DNA of 64,000 nt, taken from contig CBDESZ010000020.1 in NCBI GenBank assembly GCA_965242725.1, positions 32,001-96,000 on the forward strand. The letters run 5' to 3'. Shown here one piece after another: positions 18,820 to 27,610 of the stretch. The notes beneath the pieces were generated by a model. It searched no databases, was not told where the DNA came from, and saw only the letters and a program-made list of their open reading frames with translations. The stretch comes from Alkalispirochaeta sp. Its GTDB lineage: Bacteria; Spirochaetota; Spirochaetia; DSM-27196; Alkalispirochaetaceae. How positions within the stretch are numbered: position 1 is the first letter of the stretch; every line of letters begins with the position of its first letter. A program made the translations under genes and the position numbers.

Positions 18820-20331
18820 ATGGAAGGTCATCAAAGTGTTGAAGAACTGAACGCCCAGGCGCATCAGCTGTGGGAAGAGTTTGGTCCCCGGGAGCTCGAC
18901 GGGACGTTGAAGAACAAGGATAGACGACAGATTCCGCAAATGGATATGCCCGCTCAGGATCCCTCCCTTCGACGGTGCAACCAGTCGGAGGTCGCCCTGG
19001 GATATACGATGGAACAGGTGCAGGTTGAAGCGCTGCGCTGCCTGAACTGTCCCACCGCGCCGTGCATCAAGGGTTGCCCCGTATCAATCGATATTCCCAA
19101 GTTTGTCAAGCTTGCCGCCGTGGGGAAATTCCAGGAATCGGTGAACGTCATCAAGGAGTCCAGCCTCCTTCCGGCGATATGCGGTCGCGTCTGTCCCCAG
19201 GAAAGTCAGTGCATGCTTGAATGTACCGTCGGAAAGGCGGCCCGGGATCCCATGCAGTCGGTCGCCATCGGGCGGATTGAACGGTATGTAGCGGACCGGG
19301 AGAGAGAGCAGGGCGCTATAGAAGTTCCCGCAGTTGCATCGGACTCCGGTTTCAAGGTGGGTGTCATCGGTTCCGGTCCCGCCGGACTCACCGCGGCGGC
19401 GGACCTGCGCAAGGCGGGTCACCACGTGGAAATCTTTGAGGCCTTTCACAAACCCGGTGGCGTCATGATATACGGCATCCCCGAATTTCGGCTGCCCAAG
19501 AAAATCGTTGAACAGGAGATTGCCGGTCTGAAACAGATGGGCGTCGTATTTCGGACCAACTTCCTCATCGGCCGGACACGGACGATCGAAGAGCTTCTGG
19601 AAAAGGACGGGTTTGACGCGCTCTTCATCGGAAGCGGGGCGGGCCTTCCCAGATTCATGGAAATTCCCGGAGAAAATCTCGTCGGTGTGTTCAGCGCAAA
19701 TGAATATCTGACCCGGTCAAACCTCATGAAAGCGTACGACAGGGAAAACGTGGATACACCCATTTACAATTCCAGGGTCGTCGCCGTTCTCGGTGGGGGA
19801 AATGTCGCCATGGACGCGGCGCGTATGGCATTGAGACTGGGTGCCGAGGAAGTTCACGTCATCTACCGCCGGACCCGCACCGAGATGCCCGCCCGTGTCG
19901 AAGAGGTGGACCACGCCGAGGAAGAGGGAATCATTTTTCACTTTCTGAGCAATCCCGTGGAAATCCTTGGTGACGAGACCGGTCGCGTCCGGGCAATCAC
20001 GTGCCAGCGGTATGAACTCGGGGAACCGGATGACTCGGGACGTCGCCGGCCGGTCCCGATCGAAAACGATTATTTCGAGATGGATGTGGACACCGTCATT
20101 CCCGCCCTGGGGAATGTCTCCAATCCGCTCATTCGAAAGACCACCGATAATCTCGTGACCAATAAATGGGGAAATATCGAGGTGGATGAGCAGAATCGAA
20201 CGAGTCTCCAACGGGTATATGCCGGGGGCGACATCGTCCTTGGCGCGGCGACGGTCATCCTCGCCATGGGTGAAGGGAGGCGTGCTGCCGCGGCGATCAC
20301 AGCCGATCTCGCAACCGGACGATGGAAATGA
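18820..20331 (+). CDS. nfnB: NfnB/SudA-type (GltD-like) flavoprotein subunit
   Basis: RCLNC..PCIKGCP, CGRVCPQESQC, SANEYLTR, GGDIVLGAATVILAMG; adjacent to nfnA. Confidence 0.88.
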   Translation: MEGHQSVEELNAQAHQLWEEFGPRELDGTLKNKDRRQIPQMDMPAQDPSLRRCNQSEVALGYTMEQVQVEALRCLNCPTAPCIKGCPVSIDIPKFVKLAAVGKFQESVNVIKESSLLPAICGRVCPQESQCMLECTVGKAARDPMQSVAIGRIERYVADREREQGAIEVPAVASDSGFKVGVIGSGPAGLTAAADLRKAGHHVEIFEAFHKPGGVMIYGIPEFRLPKKIVEQEIAGLKQMGVVFRTNFLIGRTRTIEELLEKDGFDALFIGSGAGLPRFMEIPGENLVGVFSANEYLTRSNLMKAYDRENVDTPIYNSRVVAVLGGGNVAMDAARMALRLGAEEVHVIYRRTRTEMPARVEEVDHAEEEGIIFHFLSNPVEILGDETGRVRAITCQRYELGEPDDSGRRRPVPIENDYFEMDVDTVIPALGNVSNPLIRKTTDNLVTNKWGNIEVDEQNRTSLQRVYAGGDIVLGAATVILAMGEGRRAAAAITADLATGRWK

Positions 20332-20687
20332 TATCTCAGGATCGCATGGCGATCATCGAAGATCTGAAAAACGATTACTCGGAGAAACGCTGCACCGATG
20401 TGCAGCAGCTCCTCTCGACGATGGCCAATCCGATCCGTTTTCGACTCCTTTGTGCCCTCCGGGGCCGTTCTTTTACCGTGACGGAACTTGTGGAGCTTAC
20501 CGACTCCAACCTTCCCAATGTGAGCCAGCATCTCAAGATGATGTGGATGGGGGGGTATATAAACAAGGAGCGTCACGGGAAGCAGGTCTATTACAACCTC
20601 TCGGACAAAAAGATCATCGACGTTCTGGAAATGGTCGAGCAGGTCTTCCCGGCCGGTTCATATCGTGAGGACGGCGGCTGCGATTGA
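20328..20687 (+). CDS. ArsR/SmtB family repressor with Cys in helix 2
   Basis: MANPIRFRLLCAL...TVTELVE...NVSQHL...GKQVYY; ATGA overlap with nfnB (ATG 20322 also possible). Confidence 0.85.
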   Translation: MISQDRMAIIEDLKNDYSEKRCTDVQQLLSTMANPIRFRLLCALRGRSFTVTELVELTDSNLPNVSQHLKMMWMGGYINKERHGKQVYYNLSDKKIIDVLEMVEQVFPAGSYREDGGCD

Positions 20688-20715
20688 CCGGCGGCGCAGT
20701 CGGAAATGCCGCATT

Positions 20716-22185
20716 TCATCGGTGTCGATTTGTCGTCCCATCGGCACCGTCGGGAGCGGACATATATGCGTCCAGTGCCGCTGCGAGCTCCTCGGGGGCA
20801 AGTCCCCAGGTACGACCGAATCGGCGCCAACAAAAGCCGGAAAAGTCGTAAAAGCGATAAAAAGGTGAAATCTCGCGGTCCAGAAGCCGTGCGACGGGAC
20901 CGGGAAAACGGCCGCGATTGACGACGAGTTCCCAGTATTTTGCGAACCTTTTCAGATGTTCAATTTCCGACTCCGTCATGCGGTCCGTCTCGAGGACGTC
21001 GTACGGCGGATCGGCACTGTACCGCATTCGAGCGTCGTGAGCGGCGATCGGTGCACCGGGAAGGCGCTTTAATATCCCCACCTGTATTTCACCGGGACGG
21101 TATCGATAGAGGCGATCAAAACCGGTGGCGAAGCTTTCAAGTGATTCCCCGGGAAGACCGACGATGAGGTCGGCGTGGACGACCGCAGCGGTCTCGTTCG
21201 ACAGGAATGCCATGGTTCTCTCCGTCTCCACGTGGTCGCTCCGTCGTTCTATCGATGCTGCAACTTCTTTGTTGAAGGTCTGAACGCCAACCTCCAGTCG
21301 CAGCGTATCCGGCGGGAATCGGCGTATCACATCCCGCAGCTCCCGGGGAAATCGATCGGGTACCGTCTCAAACTGAACGGTCATTCCCGGTCGTACGCGA
21401 TTCAGCCAGAATTCCAGCACCGCCGCGGCGCGGGAGTAGTCGAGATTGAAGGTCCGGTCGATGAATTTGAATCGCGTCGCCCCGCGGCGTATGAGATGAT
21501 CGCTCATGTCAAAGAGTTGATCCAACGGAGCCGGCCGTATCTTCCGATCCAGGCTGCTCAGGCAGAACTGGCACCGGAAGGGACATCCCCGGCTCGCTTC
21601 GAGGTACATGAACCGCCGCTCAATGTCGTGGTCAGAAAAGAGGTGATGGGGTAACCGCACGGTCGAGAGGTCCGGAGGAGGCGCGTCGACGACCCAGTGT
21701 CCCCGACCGGTTACACGCGCTTCCCGGGGAACCGCTTTTTTCTCCCCGTCTCTTCCCGTCAGCAGCTCGGCGGCGATAGGCGGAAAGACCAGCTCAGCTT
21801 CACCACGGACGACACCGTCGACTCGGCCGAATATGGGGTGTGATACCGGCAGATGTGACGCTTCCGGCCCTCCGAGGATGATAAATGTGTCGGGAAGGTG
21901 GTTGCGGACCGCCTCGAGTACCGGAAGGGTGTCGAGATGGTTCCAGATGTACAGACCGACTGCGAGAATTCGCGGTCGCCGTTTCAGAACTTCTGCGACT
22001 ATATAATCATTCCCGGCGCGACGGGTGACTTCAAGAATATCAACTGAAAAGCCTTCGAGTCCGCCCTGGGACTCCATGTTCGCCCGAAGATACCACAGAC
22101 CCATTGCGGGATGGACGTATCCGGCGTTAATGGTGAAGAGGAGAATATCCGGCCTGGAAGGATCTGCATTCAACGCGTTCATCAC
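20716..22185 (-). CDS. B12-binding radical SAM protein
   Basis: YIWN, LGGPE, EASRGCPFRCQFC, DRTFN, DLIVGLPGE; start moved to GTG 22185 (ATG 22182 alternative). Confidence 0.85.
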   Translation of the reverse strand: MMNALNADPSRPDILLFTINAGYVHPAMGLWYLRANMESQGGLEGFSVDILEVTRRAGNDYIVAEVLKRRPRILAVGLYIWNHLDTLPVLEAVRNHLPDTFIILGGPEASHLPVSHPIFGRVDGVVRGEAELVFPPIAAELLTGRDGEKKAVPREARVTGRGHWVVDAPPPDLSTVRLPHHLFSDHDIERRFMYLEASRGCPFRCQFCLSSLDRKIRPAPLDQLFDMSDHLIRRGATRFKFIDRTFNLDYSRAAAVLEFWLNRVRPGMTVQFETVPDRFPRELRDVIRRFPPDTLRLEVGVQTFNKEVAASIERRSDHVETERTMAFLSNETAAVVHADLIVGLPGESLESFATGFDRLYRYRPGEIQVGILKRLPGAPIAAHDARMRYSADPPYDVLETDRMTESEIEHLKRFAKYWELVVNRGRFPGPVARLLDREISPFYRFYDFSGFCWRRFGRTWGLAPEELAAALDAYMSAPDGADGTTNRHR

Positions 22186-22250
22186 GGCGCGCAAAGTATA
22201 CCCGGCGACAACGGATTGATATACCGTCGACATTTGGTGCATATAGAGGT

Positions 22251-22646
22251 ATGGCACGATTTGCATTTGAACATGTAGCTCTCAACGTTCCCCGGAAAGC
22301 GGAAATGGCCGATTGGTACGTCGCCAATCTCGGTCTCCATATCGTCAGAGAAGTCCCCGGCAGGATGGTATTTCTTGCCGATTCCGAAGGTGTCGTCGTC
22401 ATGGAGTTGTATACCAATCGGGACGCCGCGCAGTTGGAACTGCAAAAGGTGGAGCCCCTTTCGCTGCACATCGCGTTTGAGGTATCCGATCCGGCGACGG
22501 CTGCGGAAGAACTGGTTCGCGCCGGTGCCTCCATTGAAGTTCCTGTGGAGCAGGTCGGGAATGATACGATGGTGATGCTTCGTGATCCCTTTGGATTACC
22601 CCTCCAGCTCGTGCGTCGGGGAGAGAAAATGCGCCGGAATTCCTGA
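22251..22646 (+). CDS. VOC/glyoxalase family protein
   Basis: EHVALNV, LHIAFEV, LRDPFGLPLQLV. Confidence 0.85.
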   Translation: MARFAFEHVALNVPRKAEMADWYVANLGLHIVREVPGRMVFLADSEGVVVMELYTNRDAAQLELQKVEPLSLHIAFEVSDPATAAEELVRAGASIEVPVEQVGNDTMVMLRDPFGLPLQLVRRGEKMRRNS

Positions 22647-22654
22647 ATGTCTTA

Positions 22655-22684
22655 TTGACAATATATTATAAAAACATAATATAT
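22655..22684 (+). promoter_or_regulatory. sigma70 promoter overlapped by a perfect 9-bp inverted repeat
   Basis: TTGACA 22655-22660; ATATATTAT-N6-ATAATATAT 22661-22684. Confidence 0.65.
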
Positions 22685-22688
22685 AGTA

Positions 22689-23201
22689 GTGACACTACAT
22701 GAATTCAACACAATAGCCTCGGATACGGAAAAAGCGACAATAATCGATCTCTGGGCTTCCTGGTGCGGACCATGCAAGATGATGAAGCCTCATTTCGAGG
22801 CGCTGGCCCGGGAATACGGTGACCGTATTCGCGTCCTTGCGGTAAACGTAGAGGAGAGTCCGGAGATTGCAGAAGAGTTGAAGGTCTTCTCCATTCCAAC
22901 CGTCGTTGTCTTTCGTGGCGGCGGGGAAGTAGCACGCCGCAGCGGCGCCCAGTCTGAGGCCGACCTGCGTACCCTCTTTGATGCGGTGGCCGACGAGCGG
23001 GAAATACCGGCAATGAGCGGTAAAGCGCGGCTTGTTCGCATCGTCGGGGCGGTTGTACTCTCGGTCATAGCCGGTCAGGTTCAACCGGGTTGGCCGCTTC
23101 AGATCGCGTCGGCGTTGCTCTTTGTCTCAGCCATACACGATCGCTGTCCGATTATTCAGGCGTTGAAGCGTCCCTTCCTCCGTTCCTCTTCTGAGACATA
23201 G
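22689..23201 (+). CDS. Thioredoxin with C-terminal DUF2892/YgaP-like membrane hairpin
   Basis: WASWCGPCK, SIPT; two C-terminal hydrophobic helices ending HDRCPII. Confidence 0.8.
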   Translation: MTLHEFNTIASDTEKATIIDLWASWCGPCKMMKPHFEALAREYGDRIRVLAVNVEESPEIAEELKVFSIPTVVVFRGGGEVARRSGAQSEADLRTLFDAVADEREIPAMSGKARLVRIVGAVVLSVIAGQVQPGWPLQIASALLFVSAIHDRCPIIQALKRPFLRSSSET

Positions 23202-23247
23202 GACCCGCGCGGTTTCCGTCCCTCGTCGGTCCTCCGCCCGAGAAAAT

Positions 23248-23276
23248 TTGACCTTCGCTGAAAATCTTTTTATCGT
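23248..23276 (+). promoter_or_regulatory. Putative sigma70 promoter
   Basis: TTGACC-17 bp-TATCGT upstream of the phasin-like gene. Confidence 0.5.
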
Positions 23277-23313
23277 TAATGTATAGAACCCAAAACGTCG
23301 AAAGGAGGCCAGA

Positions 23314-23622
23314 ATGGCACAACAGCGAAATATTTTCCAGGAAGGAATCTACGCGGGGCTAGGAATTGCTCTTCGGACGAAGGATCGGATTGAAGAGTTT
23401 GCAAAGAAAATCACCAGCGAATATGAAATGAACGAAGAAGAAGGAAAGCGGTTCATGGATGATCTGGTGAAGCAGTCGGAGGAGACGCGGACACGTCTCG
23501 ACGAAATCATCGAGAAACGTATGGAGTCCTACATTAAGGATGCGGGACTATCCACGAAAGCCGACACGGATAAGCTGATGAAAAAAATCAGCGAACTTGA
23601 AAAGAAACTCGATCAGAAATAA
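23314..23622 (+). CDS. Phasin-family (granule-associated-like) small protein
   Basis: AGLG...EEEGKRFMDDL...TKAD..L..KI..LE pattern; AAGGAGG RBS; adjacent to a UbiB kinase. Confidence 0.7.
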   Translation: MAQQRNIFQEGIYAGLGIALRTKDRIEEFAKKITSEYEMNEEEGKRFMDDLVKQSEETRTRLDEIIEKRMESYIKDAGLSTKADTDKLMKKISELEKKLDQK

Positions 23623-23692
23623 CCGACACACATCAGGCCGTACTTTAAGGATTTGAACCATCATTAAACGCAAGCTTCGCAGAGGCGCGGTT

Positions 23693-25360
23693 GTGTCCCG
23701 GTACAGTGAAATCATCGCTGTGCTGGGTAAGTACGGTTTGGCTGAATTTGTCAGCCATCGACCGCTCCTGCGCCGCATTTCCACACGGCTGACTCGCAGC
23801 GGTGGAAAATACCGGCCTCCCCGGCTGGTCCGCGAGACCTTTGCCCAGCGTCTTCGGCGCGCCCTGGAAGAACTGGGACCCACGTTCATCAAATTCGGAC
23901 AGATTCTGGCGGACCGGGGCGACATCGTTCCCAAAGAGGTTGTCCGGGAGCTGAAACGGCTTCAGGACGAAGTTGCGCCCTTTCCCGCCGACGAGGCGCG
24001 CCGGCTGGTTGAAAAAAACCTTGGAAAACCGATAGATCACCTCTTTCTCCATTTTTATGATGAACCCGAGGGGGCAGCCTCTCTCGCACAGGTGCACCGG
24101 GCAATTCTGCCTACGGGGCAGGCGGTGGCGGTGAAGATCAAGCGTCCGGAAATCGATGATCTGATCTGGGCCGACCTGGAGATCATGCGACAACTGGCAG
24201 GGTTCCTCGACGGGTATACGAGTTACTTCAAGGTCGTTACTGCAACGGAAATCATTGACGAATTCGCGGTTCAGATCGAGAAGGAACTTGATTTCGTCGA
24301 AGAGTTTCTCAGCATCACAAAGTTTTCCGCCGACTATGAGGACGACGAAACCGTCGCCGTGGCGCGTGTTTTCAATGACTATGTGACCAGGGACGTGCTT
24401 GTACAGGAGTTCATGTACGGCAAGAAGGTTTCCGAAGTCATCGAAATGGAGAACACCGGCCGGTACGACAAGAAGGAAATAAACCGACGGACCGCGGACT
24501 TTATCATGTCTCAATTGTTCATCAACGGTTATTTCCATGCCGATCCCCATCCGGGCAACTTCCTCGTGCTGGAAGACAACGTCATCTGTTTTATCGACTT
24601 TGGAATGGTGTACTCCCTGCGCCCCTATGAGCAGGAGAATCTCAATCTCATGATGATCGGCCTTTCACGGCTCGACCCGGCACTGGTGGCACGCTCGCTC
24701 CTGCGGATGGGATACGCCGAGGGTGCCGTCGATGCTGAACGCTTTGAGTCGGTGGTTCACGATTACATTGAAGCCCATCTCGCCCGGCCGTTGGAATACA
24801 TCGATATTCCCGCGGCGCTGATGCAGTTGCTTCAAATGGTCGTCAACTACGGGATCAAACTTCCCCCGCGGCTCATCTATGTGGCAAAGGTGCTGGGGGG
24901 ACTTCAGACTATCGGTGCCGGTCTGGATCCGGAGTTTCAGCTGCTGAAGTATTTGAGGGACTTCTCTCCCCGCATCTGGGCAAATCAGGTTGCCTCGGAC
25001 CGCGCCGGGAACCGCGTCCTCAACGCAGCCCTCAACTGGAATGACGCGTTCCTCGATGCGCCGGTCCTCGTCCAGGACTTGCATCGCCTCCTCCGGGATC
25101 GGCGGTTGGAGATACATGTCCCGGAAGCGGAGTACCTTGCGGAAACATACGACCGGGTAGGCTTTCGCATGACCTTTGGACTCGTGCTTTCGGCGCTGCT
25201 CATGAGTTCAGCCGTCGTCGTTCTGGCAGATATTGAACCCCAGATCAACGGAATACCGATTTTCGGAATCATAGGGTTCGCCGTCGGCGGGGTGATGGGG
25301 CTTGTCTTCCTCTTTATGGGCATGATGAGCTTTTTCAGATGGCACCGCCACCACCGCTAA
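23693..25360 (+). CDS. AarF/ABC1/UbiB family kinase
   Basis: LGPTFIKFGQ, AASLAQVH, VAVKIKRP, FHADPHPGN, IDFGMV; true start uncertain. Confidence 0.9.
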   Translation: MSRYSEIIAVLGKYGLAEFVSHRPLLRRISTRLTRSGGKYRPPRLVRETFAQRLRRALEELGPTFIKFGQILADRGDIVPKEVVRELKRLQDEVAPFPADEARRLVEKNLGKPIDHLFLHFYDEPEGAASLAQVHRAILPTGQAVAVKIKRPEIDDLIWADLEIMRQLAGFLDGYTSYFKVVTATEIIDEFAVQIEKELDFVEEFLSITKFSADYEDDETVAVARVFNDYVTRDVLVQEFMYGKKVSEVIEMENTGRYDKKEINRRTADFIMSQLFINGYFHADPHPGNFLVLEDNVICFIDFGMVYSLRPYEQENLNLMMIGLSRLDPALVARSLLRMGYAEGAVDAERFESVVHDYIEAHLARPLEYIDIPAALMQLLQMVVNYGIKLPPRLIYVAKVLGGLQTIGAGLDPEFQLLKYLRDFSPRIWANQVASDRAGNRVLNAALNWNDAFLDAPVLVQDLHRLLRDRRLEIHVPEAEYLAETYDRVGFRMTFGLVLSALLMSSAVVVLADIEPQINGIPIFGIIGFAVGGVMGLVFLFMGMMSFFRWHRHHR

Positions 25361-25416
25361 ACCTGCGCCGCCGACGGCAACCGGCCTCCGGCAACTGCCG
25401 CCGACCGAAATAGCCG

Positions 25417-26361
25417 TTACATAATGTGCGCTTCCGAAAGGACCGACCGGGCCCACATCCTGGATTCCTCGTCTTCCTTCCAGATCTCGTCGAGAGCGGC
25501 GTGAATCTCCGGCGTCAACCGACCCGTTTCACGGTACGCCATAACGCCTTTCGCGGCGTCCGCGGTGAGGACGGAATATGAGTTCCCGTGTGTTTTCAAC
25601 GCGCTTGACGGAATGGAATCGATAACCTCGTCGTTCCCGTAGGACGCAAGGACTGAAAATATCTTTGACCGTTGCGGGACGAGATCCACGATCGTGCCGG
25701 CCAGCAGGAAGAATCCCACCGTTGCCGTGGCGGCATAGTCGGGCACGTCGGTAACTTCGGGAAAGTACTGCGGCCAGTCTATGGTCTGTTGAATCCTGTT
25801 CTGCCTGTTAATGGGAACGCGAATCATCTCCGCCGGATGGTCCAACGGCGTCTCCCGGCCGTGAAATCCCCAGTGACCATCCATCCCGATTCCCTTGACC
25901 TCGATAACGTGGACTCCCGGGTCATCGAGAGTCGCACGGAGAGATTCACCGTAGTTCTTGAGACGTTCGTCGTCACCGTCGCTCCCGTCGATCTCCAGGG
26001 GGTGTATGTTTTCCGCCGGAGGTGCAGCGTCGCCGAGACGGCGGTACACTTTGTCTTCAAGAAGGTGGCGGAACGTGACGGGAAAACGCGGGTCCGACCG
26101 GGCAATCGGATAGTCGTCAAACTGAAAGAAGTGCGACCTCCGTACAACCCTTGCGAAATCCGCATCATCCCGGCAGTCGGCAATGAAGGCGTCGTACCAC
26201 GCCAGTGCGCTCGGTGCAGCCATGAGCCAGAATACGACATTCTTTCCCTCATCCGCGGCCTCGAGGGCACGGGCCTTCACGATCTTCTGTGCCGCCCGTC
26301 CCATGGACCGTTCGTCGGGGACGACGGTTATGCGAGTTTTTCCTGCATTGAAATTGCTCAT
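25417..26361 (-). CDS. Divergent glucosamine/galactosamine-6-phosphate isomerase (NagB-fold) protein
   Basis: FQFDDY, GIGMDGHWGF, IPSSALKTH resemble NagB motifs. Confidence 0.7.
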   Translation of the reverse strand: MSNFNAGKTRITVVPDERSMGRAAQKIVKARALEAADEGKNVVFWLMAAPSALAWYDAFIADCRDDADFARVVRRSHFFQFDDYPIARSDPRFPVTFRHLLEDKVYRRLGDAAPPAENIHPLEIDGSDGDDERLKNYGESLRATLDDPGVHVIEVKGIGMDGHWGFHGRETPLDHPAEMIRVPINRQNRIQQTIDWPQYFPEVTDVPDYAATATVGFFLLAGTIVDLVPQRSKIFSVLASYGNDEVIDSIPSSALKTHGNSYSVLTADAAKGVMAYRETGRLTPEIHAALDEIWKEDEESRMWARSVLSEAHIM

Positions 26362-26366
26362 AGCAG

Positions 26367-27131
26367 TTATCCCAGATGGCGTACGCGGGGTATATAGCGA
26401 CGTTCGTTTTCCCTGTTTGCCTCATCACCGCCGGGGAGATTTGCACTCATCCACAGGGGCGGTTCCACACCCAGATCAACCAGCTGTTTCACCGTCTCAA
26501 TCATGAGGAGGTTGATCGCAAAGACGTTGCACAGCGTCGCGGTAGGCCCTGTCTTCTGGGGAGAACCTTCAATTTCCACGACGGCGTCTCCGTAGGGAAG
26601 ATGACAGTTAATGAAATGGTCAACTTCCTGATAGAGATTTTTTCCGCTCGGGTGGCGGGAAGGGTGGTCCGCCGGAAGGCGGTCTGCAAACTCCCGGGAC
26701 GTGATTCCGATCGTCGTCATCTCCCGTTCCCGTGCCGACAGCACCGTATCGATAACCATTGAATTGATGCCGTATGCGTTGGCGATCACAATGACTTCTC
26801 CCGGTTCCCTGCCGACACCGTATGCGTTGAGCACACTCTGGGCGTATCCGGGGGTGCGTTCTATGACGTTTGATCGTTTTGCCCCGTGGATGAGGTTGGT
26901 ACCGGCGTCGAGAATGGCGTTAATCGGCGCAAGTCCTCCCGCCCGCCAGAGCACCTCTTCGGCCACCATATTGGAATGGCCCCCCGGGCCGATGACATGC
27001 ACCAGGCGGTCGTCGGCGATCGCCCTCGCGATCGGTTTGGCCGCCAGCTCTATCGATTTCCGTTCCTGCATAATGGCGTCAAACGCCGAGCGTACTGCGC
27101 TGTTGTACTGGTCAAAGTGGTCATGCATCAT
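26367..27131 (-). CDS. SIS domain sugar isomerase-like protein
   Basis: GPGGHS, RAGGLA, ERTPGYA, SRHPSGK, PYGDA, SANLPGGDE; ATG 27131 after AGGAAG. Confidence 0.85.
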   Translation of the reverse strand: MMHDHFDQYNSAVRSAFDAIMQERKSIELAAKPIARAIADDRLVHVIGPGGHSNMVAEEVLWRAGGLAPINAILDAGTNLIHGAKRSNVIERTPGYAQSVLNAYGVGREPGEVIVIANAYGINSMVIDTVLSAREREMTTIGITSREFADRLPADHPSRHPSGKNLYQEVDHFINCHLPYGDAVVEIEGSPQKTGPTATLCNVFAINLLMIETVKQLVDLGVEPPLWMSANLPGGDEANRENERRYIPRVRHLG

Positions 27132-27594
27132 GTACTTCCTTTCGTGTTTTTGCGAGTCGTTCAATGTTGACAAGGAGCATTAGAGCCGCAGCGACGGGAA
27201 GTGCCAGATAGGCGTATCCCGTCGGAAAGTTCCACGTCTCGTAGGATATTCTCATACGGACCGATGTTATTCGCGCCCCGTTTATGATTATCAAGACGAA
27301 AAAGGGCAGGGTGAGCGTATCCATTGCGGAACGAACGATTCTTCGTACCCTGTCACCCATCTTCTGGACGAAGTAATCGACCATCAAATGGTCGTCCCGC
27401 CGATAAAGAATCACCGCCGACATGAGAACCGACCATATAAAGGTCATTCTGATCATTCCCGGTACCCATTGAATGGCGACGCCGCCGAGATTGCGGCTTA
27501 CGATATTTGTGATGGTAAAGACGAAGACGGCGGTAAAGAGAACGCCGCTTACCGTTTCAAGGATCGCCTCCACCCGGTCAAGCAGGTATTTCAT
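27121..27594 (-). CDS. dctQ: TRAP transporter small permease
   Basis: 4 TM segments, HLMVD motif; GGAGG RBS before ATG 27594. Confidence 0.85.
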   Translation of the reverse strand: MKYLLDRVEAILETVSGVLFTAVFVFTITNIVSRNLGGVAIQWVPGMIRMTFIWSVLMSAVILYRRDDHLMVDYFVQKMGDRVRRIVRSAMDTLTLPFFVLIIINGARITSVRMRISYETWNFPTGYAYLALPVAAALMLLVNIERLAKTRKEVHDA

Positions 27595-27610
27595 TTCGCG
27601 CTTCCCCTCC

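Noticed and set aside
18820..20331. Glutamate synthase call
   Set aside because: No gltB large subunit nearby; pairing with an NfnA/SudB gene indicates NfnAB
22252..22265. TGGCACGATTTGCA as a sigma54 promoter
   Set aside because: Spacing is two bases too short for -24/-12 and it lies inside the VOC coding start
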